Assembly: GCA_001816915.1 (NCBI GenBank)
Contig: MHCL01000026.1
Span: 45,501-98,159 of the forward strand
From: Candidatus Chisholmbacteria bacterium RIFCSPLOWO2_01_FULL_49_14
GTDB taxonomy: Bacteria > Patescibacteriota > Microgenomatia > UBA1400 > Chisholmbacteraceae
Reading direction: 5' to 3'
DNA length: 52,659 nt
Shown here piece after piece: positions 26,408 to 34,618 of the stretch. The notes beneath the pieces were generated by a model. That model worked only from the letters and a program-made list of their open reading frames with translations. It did no database searches and was not told where the DNA came from. Both the position numbers and the translations under genes were made by a program. Numbering within the stretch: position 1 is the first letter of the stretch; every line of letters starts with the position of its first letter.

Positions 26408-26701
26408 ATGTTACAACGTACACAGCTGATGATTGATGAGCAAACCAAACAAGACCTCGAATTCTTGGCCAGATCCAGAGGCAAACCAGTTTCGAAGTTA
26501 GTACGCGAGTATTTAAAAGACCGCATCCTCAAAGAAAAGAAAAAGTACGCTCCACGAGCAGGAGCGGGCGCAACCACAACGCTTACTAAAATGGCAGAGG
26601 CAGCCAAAAAACTTGAGGAAAGATACGGGCAATCCCGTCCAACAGACGTTTCCAGCAACATCGATCACTACCTCTATGGTGCTCCAAAGAAGAAGGTTTA
26701 G
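26408..26701 (+). CDS. Ribbon-helix-helix (CopG/VapB-like) antitoxin
   Basis: The N-terminal RTQLMIDEQTKQDLEFLARSRGKPVSKLVREYLKDRI fits the beta-alpha-alpha RHH pattern. Overlaps the downstream PIN gene. Confidence 0.6.
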   Translation: MLQRTQLMIDEQTKQDLEFLARSRGKPVSKLVREYLKDRILKEKKKYAPRAGAGATTTLTKMAEAAKKLEERYGQSRPTDVSSNIDHYLYGAPKKKV

Positions 26702-27128
26702 CCCGGACGTCCTTGTCGATAGCGGGCCGCTGTACGCCCTCAACAGCCCGAGAGACCAGTACTTCACGAAAGCTCAAAGGATTCTCAAAAAGCTGCAGAA
26801 CGAGAAATCTAGGCTAGTGACTACCGACTATGTGATCGATGAGGCGGTCACCACGTTGCTTACCACCAAACGAGGTGGCTACCATTTCGCCATGAATCTT
26901 CTCAACTGGATCTTCAGCCCCAGAAAAACCAGCCCTCAACTGCGGATCGAGTGGATCACCCCAAGTAGATTCCATAGAGCGCGGGTTATCTTCCGCCGCT
27001 TCAATAGAGACAAGACCTGGTCATTCACTGATTGTACGAGCTACGCGCTAATGAATGAACTCAAGCTCAAGAAGGCATTCACTTTCGACGAGCACTTTAC
27101 ACAAATGGGATTTGAAGTGTTTGAATGA
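26676..27128 (+). CDS. vapC: PIN-domain toxin (VapC-like)
   Basis: Acidic quartet in PIN spacing: VLVDSGPL, VIDEAV, SFTDCTS, TFDEHF. The start is taken at the ATG at 26676 (MVLQRRRFSPDVLVDSG) rather than the track start 26613. Confidence 0.7.
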   Translation: MVLQRRRFSPDVLVDSGPLYALNSPRDQYFTKAQRILKKLQNEKSRLVTTDYVIDEAVTTLLTTKRGGYHFAMNLLNWIFSPRKTSPQLRIEWITPSRFHRARVIFRRFNRDKTWSFTDCTSYALMNELKLKKAFTFDEHFTQMGFEVFE

Positions 27129-27712
27129 ATAGTATCAATATGAAAAACGCCCTCATTCTCCATGGCGCTGGAAATGACTCACAAGGTAATTGGTTTCCGT
27201 GGTTAAAGTCGAAGCTCGAAGCCAAAGGATGGAAAGTTTGGGCACCCGACTTACCGAATACTGATCGACCAAACCAAAAAGATTGGTTGGATGTCATCTT
27301 TTCAAATGAACACTGGCAATTTACCGACGAGTCGATCATGATCGGTCATTCAGCGGGAGCAACGCTGATTCTCCGTATTCTTGAACGGCTGCCGAAAGAT
27401 ACGCAAATTCATAAAGTCATCTTAGTTGCCGGGACTGTAGAACGAGGAACAAAGCCTGAATATGTTCAGTACAAAGAAGATATGGTGAAACGACCGTTTA
27501 ACTGGAAGAAAATCAAGCGATCATGCGAGAAATTCTATTTTATTCATTCCATGAACGATCCATATCAGTGCGGTGCCGATCAGGGAGAGATCATGCATAA
27601 AAAACTTGGCGGAGAGCTCATTATTCAACCTGACCAAGGCCACTTCAATCTTGAAAGAAGCCCCAAATACAAGCGATTTCCTCTCATACTTGAAATTCTG
27701 GAGAGACGCTAA
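27125..27712 (+). CDS. YdeN/RBBP9-type serine hydrolase (alpha/beta fold)
   Basis: ILHGAGNDSQGNWFPWLKSKLEAKGWKVWAPDLPN ... MIGHSAGA ... HFNLE. ATGA overlap with vapC. Confidence 0.7.
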   Translation: MNSINMKNALILHGAGNDSQGNWFPWLKSKLEAKGWKVWAPDLPNTDRPNQKDWLDVIFSNEHWQFTDESIMIGHSAGATLILRILERLPKDTQIHKVILVAGTVERGTKPEYVQYKEDMVKRPFNWKKIKRSCEKFYFIHSMNDPYQCGADQGEIMHKKLGGELIIQPDQGHFNLERSPKYKRFPLILEILERR

Positions 27713-27767
27713 ACCCCTCCCCTGCGAAATTTCAAAAAGATTTGTGCGTGCTATAATGGTTTTGTAA

Positions 27768-28070
27768 ATGCGCAGACTGTTTTCACTCAAAGACGCCGTA
27801 ATCATCATCGCGCTTTCCATCGTCTTCTCCTTCGTCTCATGGTGGACTCTATTTACCACGGAAAAGGCAAAACAAGTCGTTCGTCAGGATATTTCTCAAT
27901 CACTTGAGGAAGGAAAAGATGTATCCCTCACGAACTTTCCCTCGAAAATCATCCTGCCGATTATTGCCTACTTCCCGTTTTGGGCGATTACCTTTGGCCT
28001 AATCCGAGTTTTCACGAACCTGGAGAAGCGCCGCACCTCCAACTCCCCCCTCCAACAACAAACACTCTGA
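27768..28070 (+). CDS. Small hypothetical membrane protein (2 TM)
   Basis: Hydrophobic segments VIIIALSIVFSFVSWWTLF and ILPIIAYFPFWAITFGLIRVF. No recognisable family. Confidence 0.35.
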   Translation: MRRLFSLKDAVIIIALSIVFSFVSWWTLFTTEKAKQVVRQDISQSLEEGKDVSLTNFPSKIILPIIAYFPFWAITFGLIRVFTNLEKRRTSNSPLQQQTL

Positions 28071-28118
28071 GGCAATAAAGCTTGCTAAGCCAACTTGTTT
28101 CCTGGTAACGTAAAGGGA

Positions 28119-28496
28119 ATGGATCAAAGGCCCTTTCTTCTGAGACTGACCAAAGCCATTGCCAAGTTCATCGGCTCCTGGTGGGGAGTCTTCGCCCATA
28201 CGCTCTGGTTCGCGTTTTGGTTGATGCTGGATTTCTCCGTGGAACGCCTCTCATTTTGGGTATCCCTGGAAGCAATCTTTATCGGTATTTTCCTCTTGAT
28301 GGCCGCCAATCAGGCGGAAATTGAAAGAGATCGCATGGAAGCACGCGATCGTTCCCGGGAAATGCAGAACGTGAAGGAAGATCTTGAGCTCGATCGCAGA
28401 GAGGAGCACGAACTGCGTGAAATCAAAGAAATGTTGGCTGCAGTTCAGAGGGATCTCAATGAGCTCAAAGGGAAATTGAAGAATCAGAACGGGTAA
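28119..28496 (+). CDS. DUF1003-like membrane protein with C-terminal coiled coil
   Basis: GSWWGVFAHTLWFAFWLMLD ... SLEAIFIGIFLLMAANQAEIERDRMEARD resembles DUF1003. The first ATG is at 28119; the track start 28095 is TTG. Confidence 0.45.
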   Translation: MDQRPFLLRLTKAIAKFIGSWWGVFAHTLWFAFWLMLDFSVERLSFWVSLEAIFIGIFLLMAANQAEIERDRMEARDRSREMQNVKEDLELDRREEHELREIKEMLAAVQRDLNELKGKLKNQNG

Positions 28497-28583
28497 TTCA
28501 GATCACGCGGAAGTTGTGGGAATGGTACAATGAAGCTCGAAGAATGAACAAAGGCAAAGGAAAGATAGGAGATACCAAGGAGG

Positions 28584-29312
28584 ATGAAAGCGATGGATAA
28601 ACCGAAATATGAGCGAGTACTCATCAAGCTCGGCGGAGAAGCCTTGCTCGGAAAACGCCAATACGGGATTGATGTTGATGCGACAAAGGAAGTTGCCCTC
28701 CAAATAAAAGAGATCCACGAACTCGGAGTCCAAACCGCGCTCACAATCGGATCGGGAAATATCTTCCGGGGCTTAGCCGGGGAAAAAGAAGGAATGGATC
28801 GGGCAACTGCCGACTACATGGGAATGCTCGCAACCGTCATCAACGGCCTTGCCCTTCAAGATGCGTTGGAAAAAATAGGGACCGATACCAGGCTGCAAAG
28901 CGCGATTGAGATGAAAGCCGTTGCGGAGCCATTCATCCGTCGTCGGGCAATTCGGCACATGGAAAAAGGACGGGTCGTCCTTTTGGCTGCCGGCGTCGGA
29001 AGTCCTTATTTCACGACCGATACCGGCGCAGCCCTTCGGGCGCTTGAACTCAAATGTGAAGTATTGCTCAAAGCAACAAAAGTTGACGGGATATATGAAA
29101 AGGATCCGTTGAAATATCCCAACGCGAAACGATTTAATACAATAAAGTATATCGATGCCATCAGAGAGGAAGGCATTAAAATTATGGACACGGCAGCGCT
29201 ATCCCTCTGTATGGAGAATAAGTTGCCGATCGTTGTCTTCAACCTCTTCCAGAAAGGGAATCTCAAAAGGGTTGTGATGGGAGAAAACGTTGGCACAAAA
29301 GTCGAAGCCTAA
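28584..29312 (+). CDS. pyrH: UMP kinase
   Basis: RVLIKLGGEAL ... GSGNIFRG ... DYMGMLATVINGLALQDAL ... GSPYFTTDTGAALRA. The second ATG (28593) has better spacing to the SD aaggagg and may be the real start. Confidence 0.9.
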   Translation: MKAMDKPKYERVLIKLGGEALLGKRQYGIDVDATKEVALQIKEIHELGVQTALTIGSGNIFRGLAGEKEGMDRATADYMGMLATVINGLALQDALEKIGTDTRLQSAIEMKAVAEPFIRRRAIRHMEKGRVVLLAAGVGSPYFTTDTGAALRALELKCEVLLKATKVDGIYEKDPLKYPNAKRFNTIKYIDAIREEGIKIMDTAALSLCMENKLPIVVFNLFQKGNLKRVVMGENVGTKVEA

Positions 29313-29335
29313 CGAGGACTCTCGATAACTTCGAA

Positions 29336-30112
29336 TTAATACGGAAGAAGTTTCGCGGGATTAATTACTTTTCCGTCTTTGTAGATCTCCAAATGCAAGT
29401 GAGGTCCGGTCGAATGACCGGTCATGCCGATCTCGGCAATCACGGAATCACGGTCGACGTTGGAATGGGGTTCAACAAAGATGCGTGAAACGTGAGCGTA
29501 CATCGAAGTATATCCGTTGGCATGCTCAATGACAATTGCTTGACCATACCCCCAATTGCTGAAATAGACGTCTTTGACCACACCCTCCGTGACCGGGTGA
29601 ATCGGCGAACCGTAGGGAGCGCGCAGATCGACACCTGGGTGATAACTCGTGAAGCTCTGTGAAACGCCGATAAGCTCCGCCGGCATCTGAAATGGACTCT
29701 CCGTGGTGCGAACGACGGTCTCCGGCGCCTCAACGACGGTGATTTCAACCTGCTCATCAGAAGCTCCGGAGGGGAAATCCGCGACAACGGGCGAACCGGA
29801 CAGTCCGACAAACGTCAGGGCAGCCACCAACTGAACTCCAAAAATCCCCCGCATGCGCCGATGTTCCAAAAACGGCAGCACGAGCTTGCTCAATGGATTG
29901 CTGCTGCGCGTCTTCGGCAGAAGGTTGAATAAACCTCCCCGGTACTGATTGAGCCTTTCAAACCACTCCTCGAGTTGTCGAGTGATCCCACGACAAAGAT
30001 GAGAGGGTGTCTGAGTTCTATGGTTGGAAAGTACTCGCAAAACACGCACAACTGAATCGCGGATATCCCGCTTTTCTTTCTTTGTTATGCGCCTGTTTTG
30101 TGGTCGTATCAT
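29336..30112 (-). CDS. M23-family (LytM-type) peptidoglycan endopeptidase
   Basis: HPGVDLRAPYGSPIHPVTEGVV ... YGQAIVIEHANGYTSMYAHVS ... GMTGHSTGPHLHLEI (HxxxD and HxH motifs). Confidence 0.85.
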   Translation of the reverse strand: MIRPQNRRITKKEKRDIRDSVVRVLRVLSNHRTQTPSHLCRGITRQLEEWFERLNQYRGGLFNLLPKTRSSNPLSKLVLPFLEHRRMRGIFGVQLVAALTFVGLSGSPVVADFPSGASDEQVEITVVEAPETVVRTTESPFQMPAELIGVSQSFTSYHPGVDLRAPYGSPIHPVTEGVVKDVYFSNWGYGQAIVIEHANGYTSMYAHVSRIFVEPHSNVDRDSVIAEIGMTGHSTGPHLHLEIYKDGKVINPAKLLPY

Positions 30113-30204
30113 AGTGCGGCGTAGTCAGGCCGCAGAGTCAAACCCGGCAAGCCACGTTTGACGTGGCCGCAAAGTATAAAGGCCCATCCGCAGGATGAGC
30201 CATT

Positions 30205-30229
30205 AAAAAACCACCATATGTTGGCGGTT
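30205..30229 (-). terminator. Candidate minus-strand rho-independent terminator between the IS and the M23 gene
   Basis: The minus strand reads AACCGCCA-acata-TGGTGGTT followed by TTTT: an 8-bp stem with one G-U pair. On the plus strand the same stem has an A-C mismatch and no T-run. Confidence 0.3.
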
Positions 30230-30265
30230 TCCAGTATTGTACCAAATAATTCCCAAAAGTCAAGA

Positions 30266-31350
30266 TTATGTATGAGTCACATACATATGAGACTCTGGAA
30301 GATTTTTCAGCAAATAGTCAATGGGTGTTTGATTGCCCAGCGACCGATGCACCCGTTTGGTATTGTACCAAACAAGGTAGTCCATCAGCTTTCGGTTAAA
30401 GACACCGAGATCTTCTAAGAGATATTCAAGGTGGCTGTCAATGAACTCTTCCTGTAGCGTCCTGTTGGCCCTTTCCACAAAGGCGTTGATCTTGGGACAC
30501 CTGGGGTAGATGTACAGGTGCTTGATGCCCCTTCTCCTGAGGTAAGCGGCCAAGGCTCCTTGGTATTCAAGCCCGTTATCTGTCTGGATGATCTTGATCC
30601 CGCGTTGCAAAGGATAGACCAGCTCAAGTTTCCCAACAAAGTCCACTGCAGTCTTGCTGGAGAGCCTTGAGTACCCGTACGAGAAGGTGAATTTCAGCTT
30701 GATGTCGATGGCATTGAAGATGTAGAAGCGGATGCCGTGGACCAACCTGGTGATGGTGTCGATCTCCAGGTAGCCAGAGCCTTCCGGTCGAGGGGAATGC
30801 TTGATTTTGGCTTTGAAGATCCTCTTCTTTCCGGCAAAACCGCTTCCCGGGTTATGGTAGATCCGCCGCTGTGGGGAAGAGAACAGGCGGTGTCGCTTGA
30901 TGACGTTGCCGATGGTGGATGTGGAAATCGTCGGGACCCCCTCTTCCCTGCAGAACGCATCCAACAGCGGCTTGATCTTCTCTTTCCCGAGGCGATGGTG
31001 GTCTTCCCGCAGCTGCGCAATGAAGGCGACAACCTGGGGATGCGTCTCCATGACCCGCTTCCGTTGGGGGGCCCTTGAATGCGGAAGGAGGGACTGGAGC
31101 TTCCCTTGCGCTTGGGACAACCTCCCCTCTTCCAGCGGTAGATGGTGGCCTTTGACACCGTATAGGCATCACGAGTCGCCTGGGTGCCGTACCTGGCATG
31201 GAAGCTGAGGACGGTCAACCGGTACTGGGCAAGCTCACTGGCGGAAAATCTGTTGGTGGAAATGATTGAGTTCATCACAGAGGGATTATACAGGGCAGAT
31301 CCGTACACCCCCTGCCGAACATGGGTTGGGATCCCAACTCTTCCACGCAT
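30266..31350 (-). pseudogene. IS481-like transposase, HTH part and DDE part in different frames
   Basis: Frame A from 31350: ...NRFSASELAQYRLTVLSFHARYGTQATRDAYTVSKATIYRWK (HTH). The -1 frame from about 31130: EEGRLSQAQGKLQSLLPHSRAPQRKR ... LGKEKIKPLL ... YLEIDT ... IIQTDNGLEYQG ... NAFVERANRTLQEEF ... YNTKRVHRSLGNQTP. The junction lies in the purine run GGAAGAGGGGAGG. Confidence 0.7.
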
Positions 31351-31401
31351 ACGGAGACTCCTTTCTCATTCCGGGAGTCTCATATGTTTCGTAACTTATC
31401 C
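30269..31401 (-). mobile_element. IS481-family-like insertion sequence (about 1.13 kb, boundaries approximate)
   Basis: rve-type DDE transposase inside. Imperfect terminal inverted repeats with a perfect 12-bp core: CATATGAGACTC at 30284-30295 and GAGTCTCATATG at 31375-31386. The hexamer AGATTA lies just outside both ends (30263-30268, 31402-31407) and is a candidate target duplication. Confidence 0.65.
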
Positions 31402-31418
31402 AGATTACCCATCTAAGT

Positions 31419-32423
31419 ATGTTACACTCAAAAAAGATGGAGAAACTGGAAAATATTCCCGTAGCGGGAAAACGAATCATCGTACGCGCCGATTACGACG
31501 TCCCGCTTGCACACGGAAAAGTCTTGGATAAAACGCGCATTGATGCTTCCTTGCCGACGCTCAAAAACCTTTTTGAACGCAAGGCAAGAGCAGTAACAAT
31601 CCTCTGCCACATCGACAGGCCGGGCGGAAAAGTGGTCGAGGAACTGCGCGTGCGTCCGGTTGCCGAGCTCCTCAAAGTCATGCTTCCGAAAAATTTCCCG
31701 GCGACCATTGAAGAAAATCTTCGCTTCAATCCGGGAGAAGAGACTAATAACCTTGAGTTTGCCGGGCAACTTGCACTGCACGCTGACCTATTTATCAACG
31801 AGGCCTTCGCGGATTCTCACAGAAATCATGCATCAATTGTCTCCCTCCCCAAACTGCTTCCCTCCGCCATCGGTCTCCACTTCAGAAAAGAACTTGAAGC
31901 GCTGGAACGGGTTCGCCATGCCCCGCACCGCCCGCTCTTGCTGATTATTGGTGGGGCAAAACTGGAGACGAAGCTTCCGCTTATCGAGAAGCTGCTTCCC
32001 CTTGCCGATGAGATGCTGATCGGAGGCAAACTTGTAGCTGAAGTAAACAAGAGCTGCTCCCCGGAGGTGCTCTCGCGGATGATGGTAGCGGATCTTTCGA
32101 AAGATGGAAGAGATATCACGAAGCGGTCTGCACAGAAATTCTCCGAGAAGATAAAAACCGCCGGCACCATCGTCTGGAACGGGCCGATGGGAGTCTTTGA
32201 AGAAGCAGAAACAAGCCTGGGAACCAAAATCGTTGCCCAGGCAATAGACTCGGCGCAAGGTTATACGATCATCGGCGGGGGCGACACCGAGGCGGCGGCA
32301 ACCAAATTTAACGCTGAAAAAGGAATAGATCACATTTCCATGGGAGGTGGGGCAATGCTACAATATCTTGCAGACGGAACATTAGTTGGTTTGGATGCGA
32401 TAGAGGGAGGCAAGCAATGGTAA
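31419..32423 (+). CDS. pgk: Phosphoglycerate kinase (compact form)
   Basis: GKRIIVRADYDVP, LENLRF-like EENLRFNPGEE, INEAFADSHRNHAS, IIGGAKLETK, WNGPMGVFE, IIGGGDT, SMGGGAML. At 334 aa or fewer it is noticeably shorter than the roughly 390-aa canonical enzyme. An alternative start is at 31437. Confidence 0.85.
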   Translation: MLHSKKMEKLENIPVAGKRIIVRADYDVPLAHGKVLDKTRIDASLPTLKNLFERKARAVTILCHIDRPGGKVVEELRVRPVAELLKVMLPKNFPATIEENLRFNPGEETNNLEFAGQLALHADLFINEAFADSHRNHASIVSLPKLLPSAIGLHFRKELEALERVRHAPHRPLLLIIGGAKLETKLPLIEKLLPLADEMLIGGKLVAEVNKSCSPEVLSRMMVADLSKDGRDITKRSAQKFSEKIKTAGTIVWNGPMGVFEEAETSLGTKIVAQAIDSAQGYTIIGGGDTEAAATKFNAEKGIDHISMGGGAMLQYLADGTLVGLDAIEGGKQW

Positions 32424-33472
32424 GCGCTGCGATCAATGGGTTTGGGAGAATCGGCCGGTTGGCGATGCGGGTTTGGCTTGCACGCCCCGATCTCATGGAA
32501 AAACTCGAGATTGCCGCCATCAACACCTCCGGGTCAATGCCGGTTAAAGGCTGGGCGCATCTGTTGCAGTACGATACCGCCTACGGGAAACTTCAGGAAG
32601 TTATCCGGACGGAATCAGTAAGAGATCCGAAAGAAGTCACCGATCAAGATATGCTCATCGGGTATTTGCTGGTAAGGGAGAAGAAGATCCCGCTGTTGGC
32701 TCAGCGGGATCCCGCCAAACTGCCATGGTCGACCTTTAAAGTCGAGGTGGTCATCGAATCAACGGGAGCCTTCACAACGGAGGCGCTCGCTTCCGCCCAC
32801 CTCAAAGCAGGAGCCAGGAAAGTGTTGATCTCGGCGCCAAGCAAGGGCGGAGATATTGGTACTTTCGTCTTGGGGGTCAATGAATATCAAGGGGAAGGCG
32901 GGATTGTCGATAACGCTTCCTGCACTACCAATTGCACGGCCCCGGTGGTCGCGATCCTGCACCAAAGGTTCACAGTGAGGAAAGCGACTCTGACGACCGT
33001 GCACGGCTATACGGACGACCAACGCTTACAGGATAATTCGCATAAAGATCTGCGTCGGGCGCGTGCCGCCGCGCAAAATATCATCCCCACTTCAACCGGC
33101 GCGGCAATCTCAACCACGAAAATCATACCCGAGCTTGAAGGACTGTTTGGCGGAGTTGCCTTGCGAGTTCCGGTGATTGTCGGCTCCATCTCCGACATCG
33201 TCTGTCTGGTAAAAAGAAAGACGACGGTCGACCAAGTGAATCAGGCGTTCACAGAAGCCGCTGCCGATCCGCGCTGGAAGGGCATCGTCGCCGTGACCGA
33301 TGAGCCGCTCGTTTCAAGCGATATCATCGGTCGCTCCGAATCCGCCGTTGTCGACCTTGCCTTCACCCAAGTGGTTGACGGCGATCTCGTCAAAGTTCTC
33401 GCCTGGTACGACAACGAATGGGGGTATTGCAATCGCCTCATGGAACAGGCTGTTAAAGTCGGTGAAGCGTAA
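32417..33472 (+). CDS. gap: Glyceraldehyde-3-phosphate dehydrogenase
   Basis: INGFGRIGR, ASCTTNCTAPV, WYDNEWGY. ATGGTAA overlap with pgk. Confidence 0.92.
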   Translation: MVSAAINGFGRIGRLAMRVWLARPDLMEKLEIAAINTSGSMPVKGWAHLLQYDTAYGKLQEVIRTESVRDPKEVTDQDMLIGYLLVREKKIPLLAQRDPAKLPWSTFKVEVVIESTGAFTTEALASAHLKAGARKVLISAPSKGGDIGTFVLGVNEYQGEGGIVDNASCTTNCTAPVVAILHQRFTVRKATLTTVHGYTDDQRLQDNSHKDLRRARAAAQNIIPTSTGAAISTTKIIPELEGLFGGVALRVPVIVGSISDIVCLVKRKTTVDQVNQAFTEAAADPRWKGIVAVTDEPLVSSDIIGRSESAVVDLAFTQVVDGDLVKVLAWYDNEWGYCNRLMEQAVKVGEA

Positions 33473-33476
33473 TAGT

Positions 33477-34199
33477 TCATCTGGAAATATTGTCATACTC
33501 CTCTATATAGCCTCTGTATTTTTCGTATTTCCTTGCCAGGTACGGAGCTTTGTCTAATTCGGTGTACATGAATGAGAGGATTTTCAAACAATTCCCTTTC
33601 CTATAGCGAAGCCTGAAAGCTCGGTGGCTCTTACGGATTCTCATGTGAGAAGTATCGATTGCTGAACGTAAATTTTGCATAAGCACATACAGATACTCAT
33701 AACTACCACTGGTAAATATCACTTGAATATTCGGCCACCTTCTCCCATCTGGAGTTTCGACATTAACGCATCCATCTCCATCAAAGTAGCCACGAATGTA
33801 GAAATTGAGATAGTCTGACGGTATTTCAGGAAAGTGCATAGTTTTTGACTTATTAGGTGTCAAGCCTTTATCAACTAAATCTTGATACATGAGCTTGTTC
33901 CCTATTCTAAGTGTAAACAAATCTGAGCATAGATATCGCTTACCAAAAAATAATCTAGATTGTGAGCGCCGCATAGAAATAGCATGTTTTGAAGAAAGTG
34001 CAGTTCGGACATTCTCAAGTAGTTCCTTATCGACACTAGAAAGCTGAAGATAACAAGTTCTTGAAGATTGACGGACATCTTCTACAGCCCCATCCGCATA
34101 GATGAGCCCCAAGACATAAGCCATTTGAGGAGACCAAGTTTTGAAGAAATATTCATTGACACCCTTCCGATTATGGCCACCCCGAGGGTCACGATACAT
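33477..34199 (-). CDS. Free-standing double-motif LAGLIDADG homing endonuclease
   Basis: Motif 1 is YVLGLIYADGAV and motif 2 is IRGYFDGDGCV, in 240 aa. The DNA is visibly AT-richer than the neighbours. Confidence 0.8.
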   Translation of the reverse strand: MYRDPRGGHNRKGVNEYFFKTWSPQMAYVLGLIYADGAVEDVRQSSRTCYLQLSSVDKELLENVRTALSSKHAISMRRSQSRLFFGKRYLCSDLFTLRIGNKLMYQDLVDKGLTPNKSKTMHFPEIPSDYLNFYIRGYFDGDGCVNVETPDGRRWPNIQVIFTSGSYEYLYVLMQNLRSAIDTSHMRIRKSHRAFRLRYRKGNCLKILSFMYTELDKAPYLARKYEKYRGYIEEYDNISR

Positions 34200-34264
34200 A
34201 GCTCATTATGAACCGAAGTTTATACGAATGTCAATGAAAAGTTTGTGATGTAAGACAGAAATTG

Positions 34265-34336
34265 AGACCGGGATGGGATTCGAACCCACGTAAGCTGTTT
34301 TGCAGACAGCTCCCTGAGCCCCTCGGGTACCCGGTC
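34265..34336 (-). tRNA. tRNA-Cys (anticodon GCA)
   Basis: The minus strand reads GACCGGG-TA-CCCGAGGGGCTCAGGGA-GCTGT-CTGCAAA-ACAGC-TTAC-GTGGG-TTCGAAT-CCCAT-CCCGGTC-T. It has a 7-bp acceptor stem, a 5-bp anticodon stem, the T-loop TTCGAAT, and discriminator U73, the known CysRS identity base. No CCA is encoded. Confidence 0.85.
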
Positions 34337-34371
34337 GTATTTCTACTTCTCTATGCGGCCAAACTGGAAGA

Positions 34372-34380
34372 ATTATAGCA
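34372..34380 (-). promoter_or_regulatory. Extended -10 element TGCTATAAT upstream of tRNA-Cys
   Basis: The reverse complement of attatagca is a perfect TGnTATAAT, 35 nt upstream of the mature tRNA 5' end. Confidence 0.5.
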
Positions 34381-34618
34381 AAACCGCGCCCTCTCCATGA
34401 GAAGGCGGAGAAAAACGGGGAAGAGAGTGCGCACACGCGTATTTCTTTTCTTTCAATGTAACTGAGATTTTCTTTGGTTTTGCCTCCGGCGTTTTCATAA
34501 ACGTCACGGTTAAAACACCGTTATCAATATTTTTACCTCCACCCAAAGGGAAGAAAAGAAAAAAGGAGACAAGGATAAGGATTGTTCCAGAGGAAGATTT
34601 TTGATATGATAAAAACCT

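Noticed and set aside
30694-31127. The long C-terminal continuation of the 218-aa ORF 30694-31350 across the transposase DDE region
   Set aside because: Only its first roughly 75 residues (the HTH) look like transposase sequence. The rest is Arg/Ser/Gly/Pro-rich and overlaps the clearly homologous DDE frame, so it is an out-of-frame read-through.
31100-31140. Programmed -1 ribosomal frameshifting (IS3-style orfA-orfB) in the IS transposase
   Set aside because: The frame relationship is -1, but the junction that preserves the conserved ...TIYRWK / EEGRL... sequence has no slippery X-XXY-YYZ heptamer. The only A-AAG site upstream would delete the conserved HTH recognition helix. A 1-nt indel in the purine run is the simpler explanation. 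I keep this as an open alternative in the finding.
33477-34199. A LAGLIDADG gene residing in a group I intron or intein
   Set aside because: Both neighbours (gap and tRNA-Cys) are complete and uninterrupted, and no split host gene flanks it. I therefore treat it as free-standing.
34206-34436. A 76-aa ORF on the minus strand
   Set aside because: It overlaps tRNA-Cys (34265-34336) and its promoter, and is not a protein gene.
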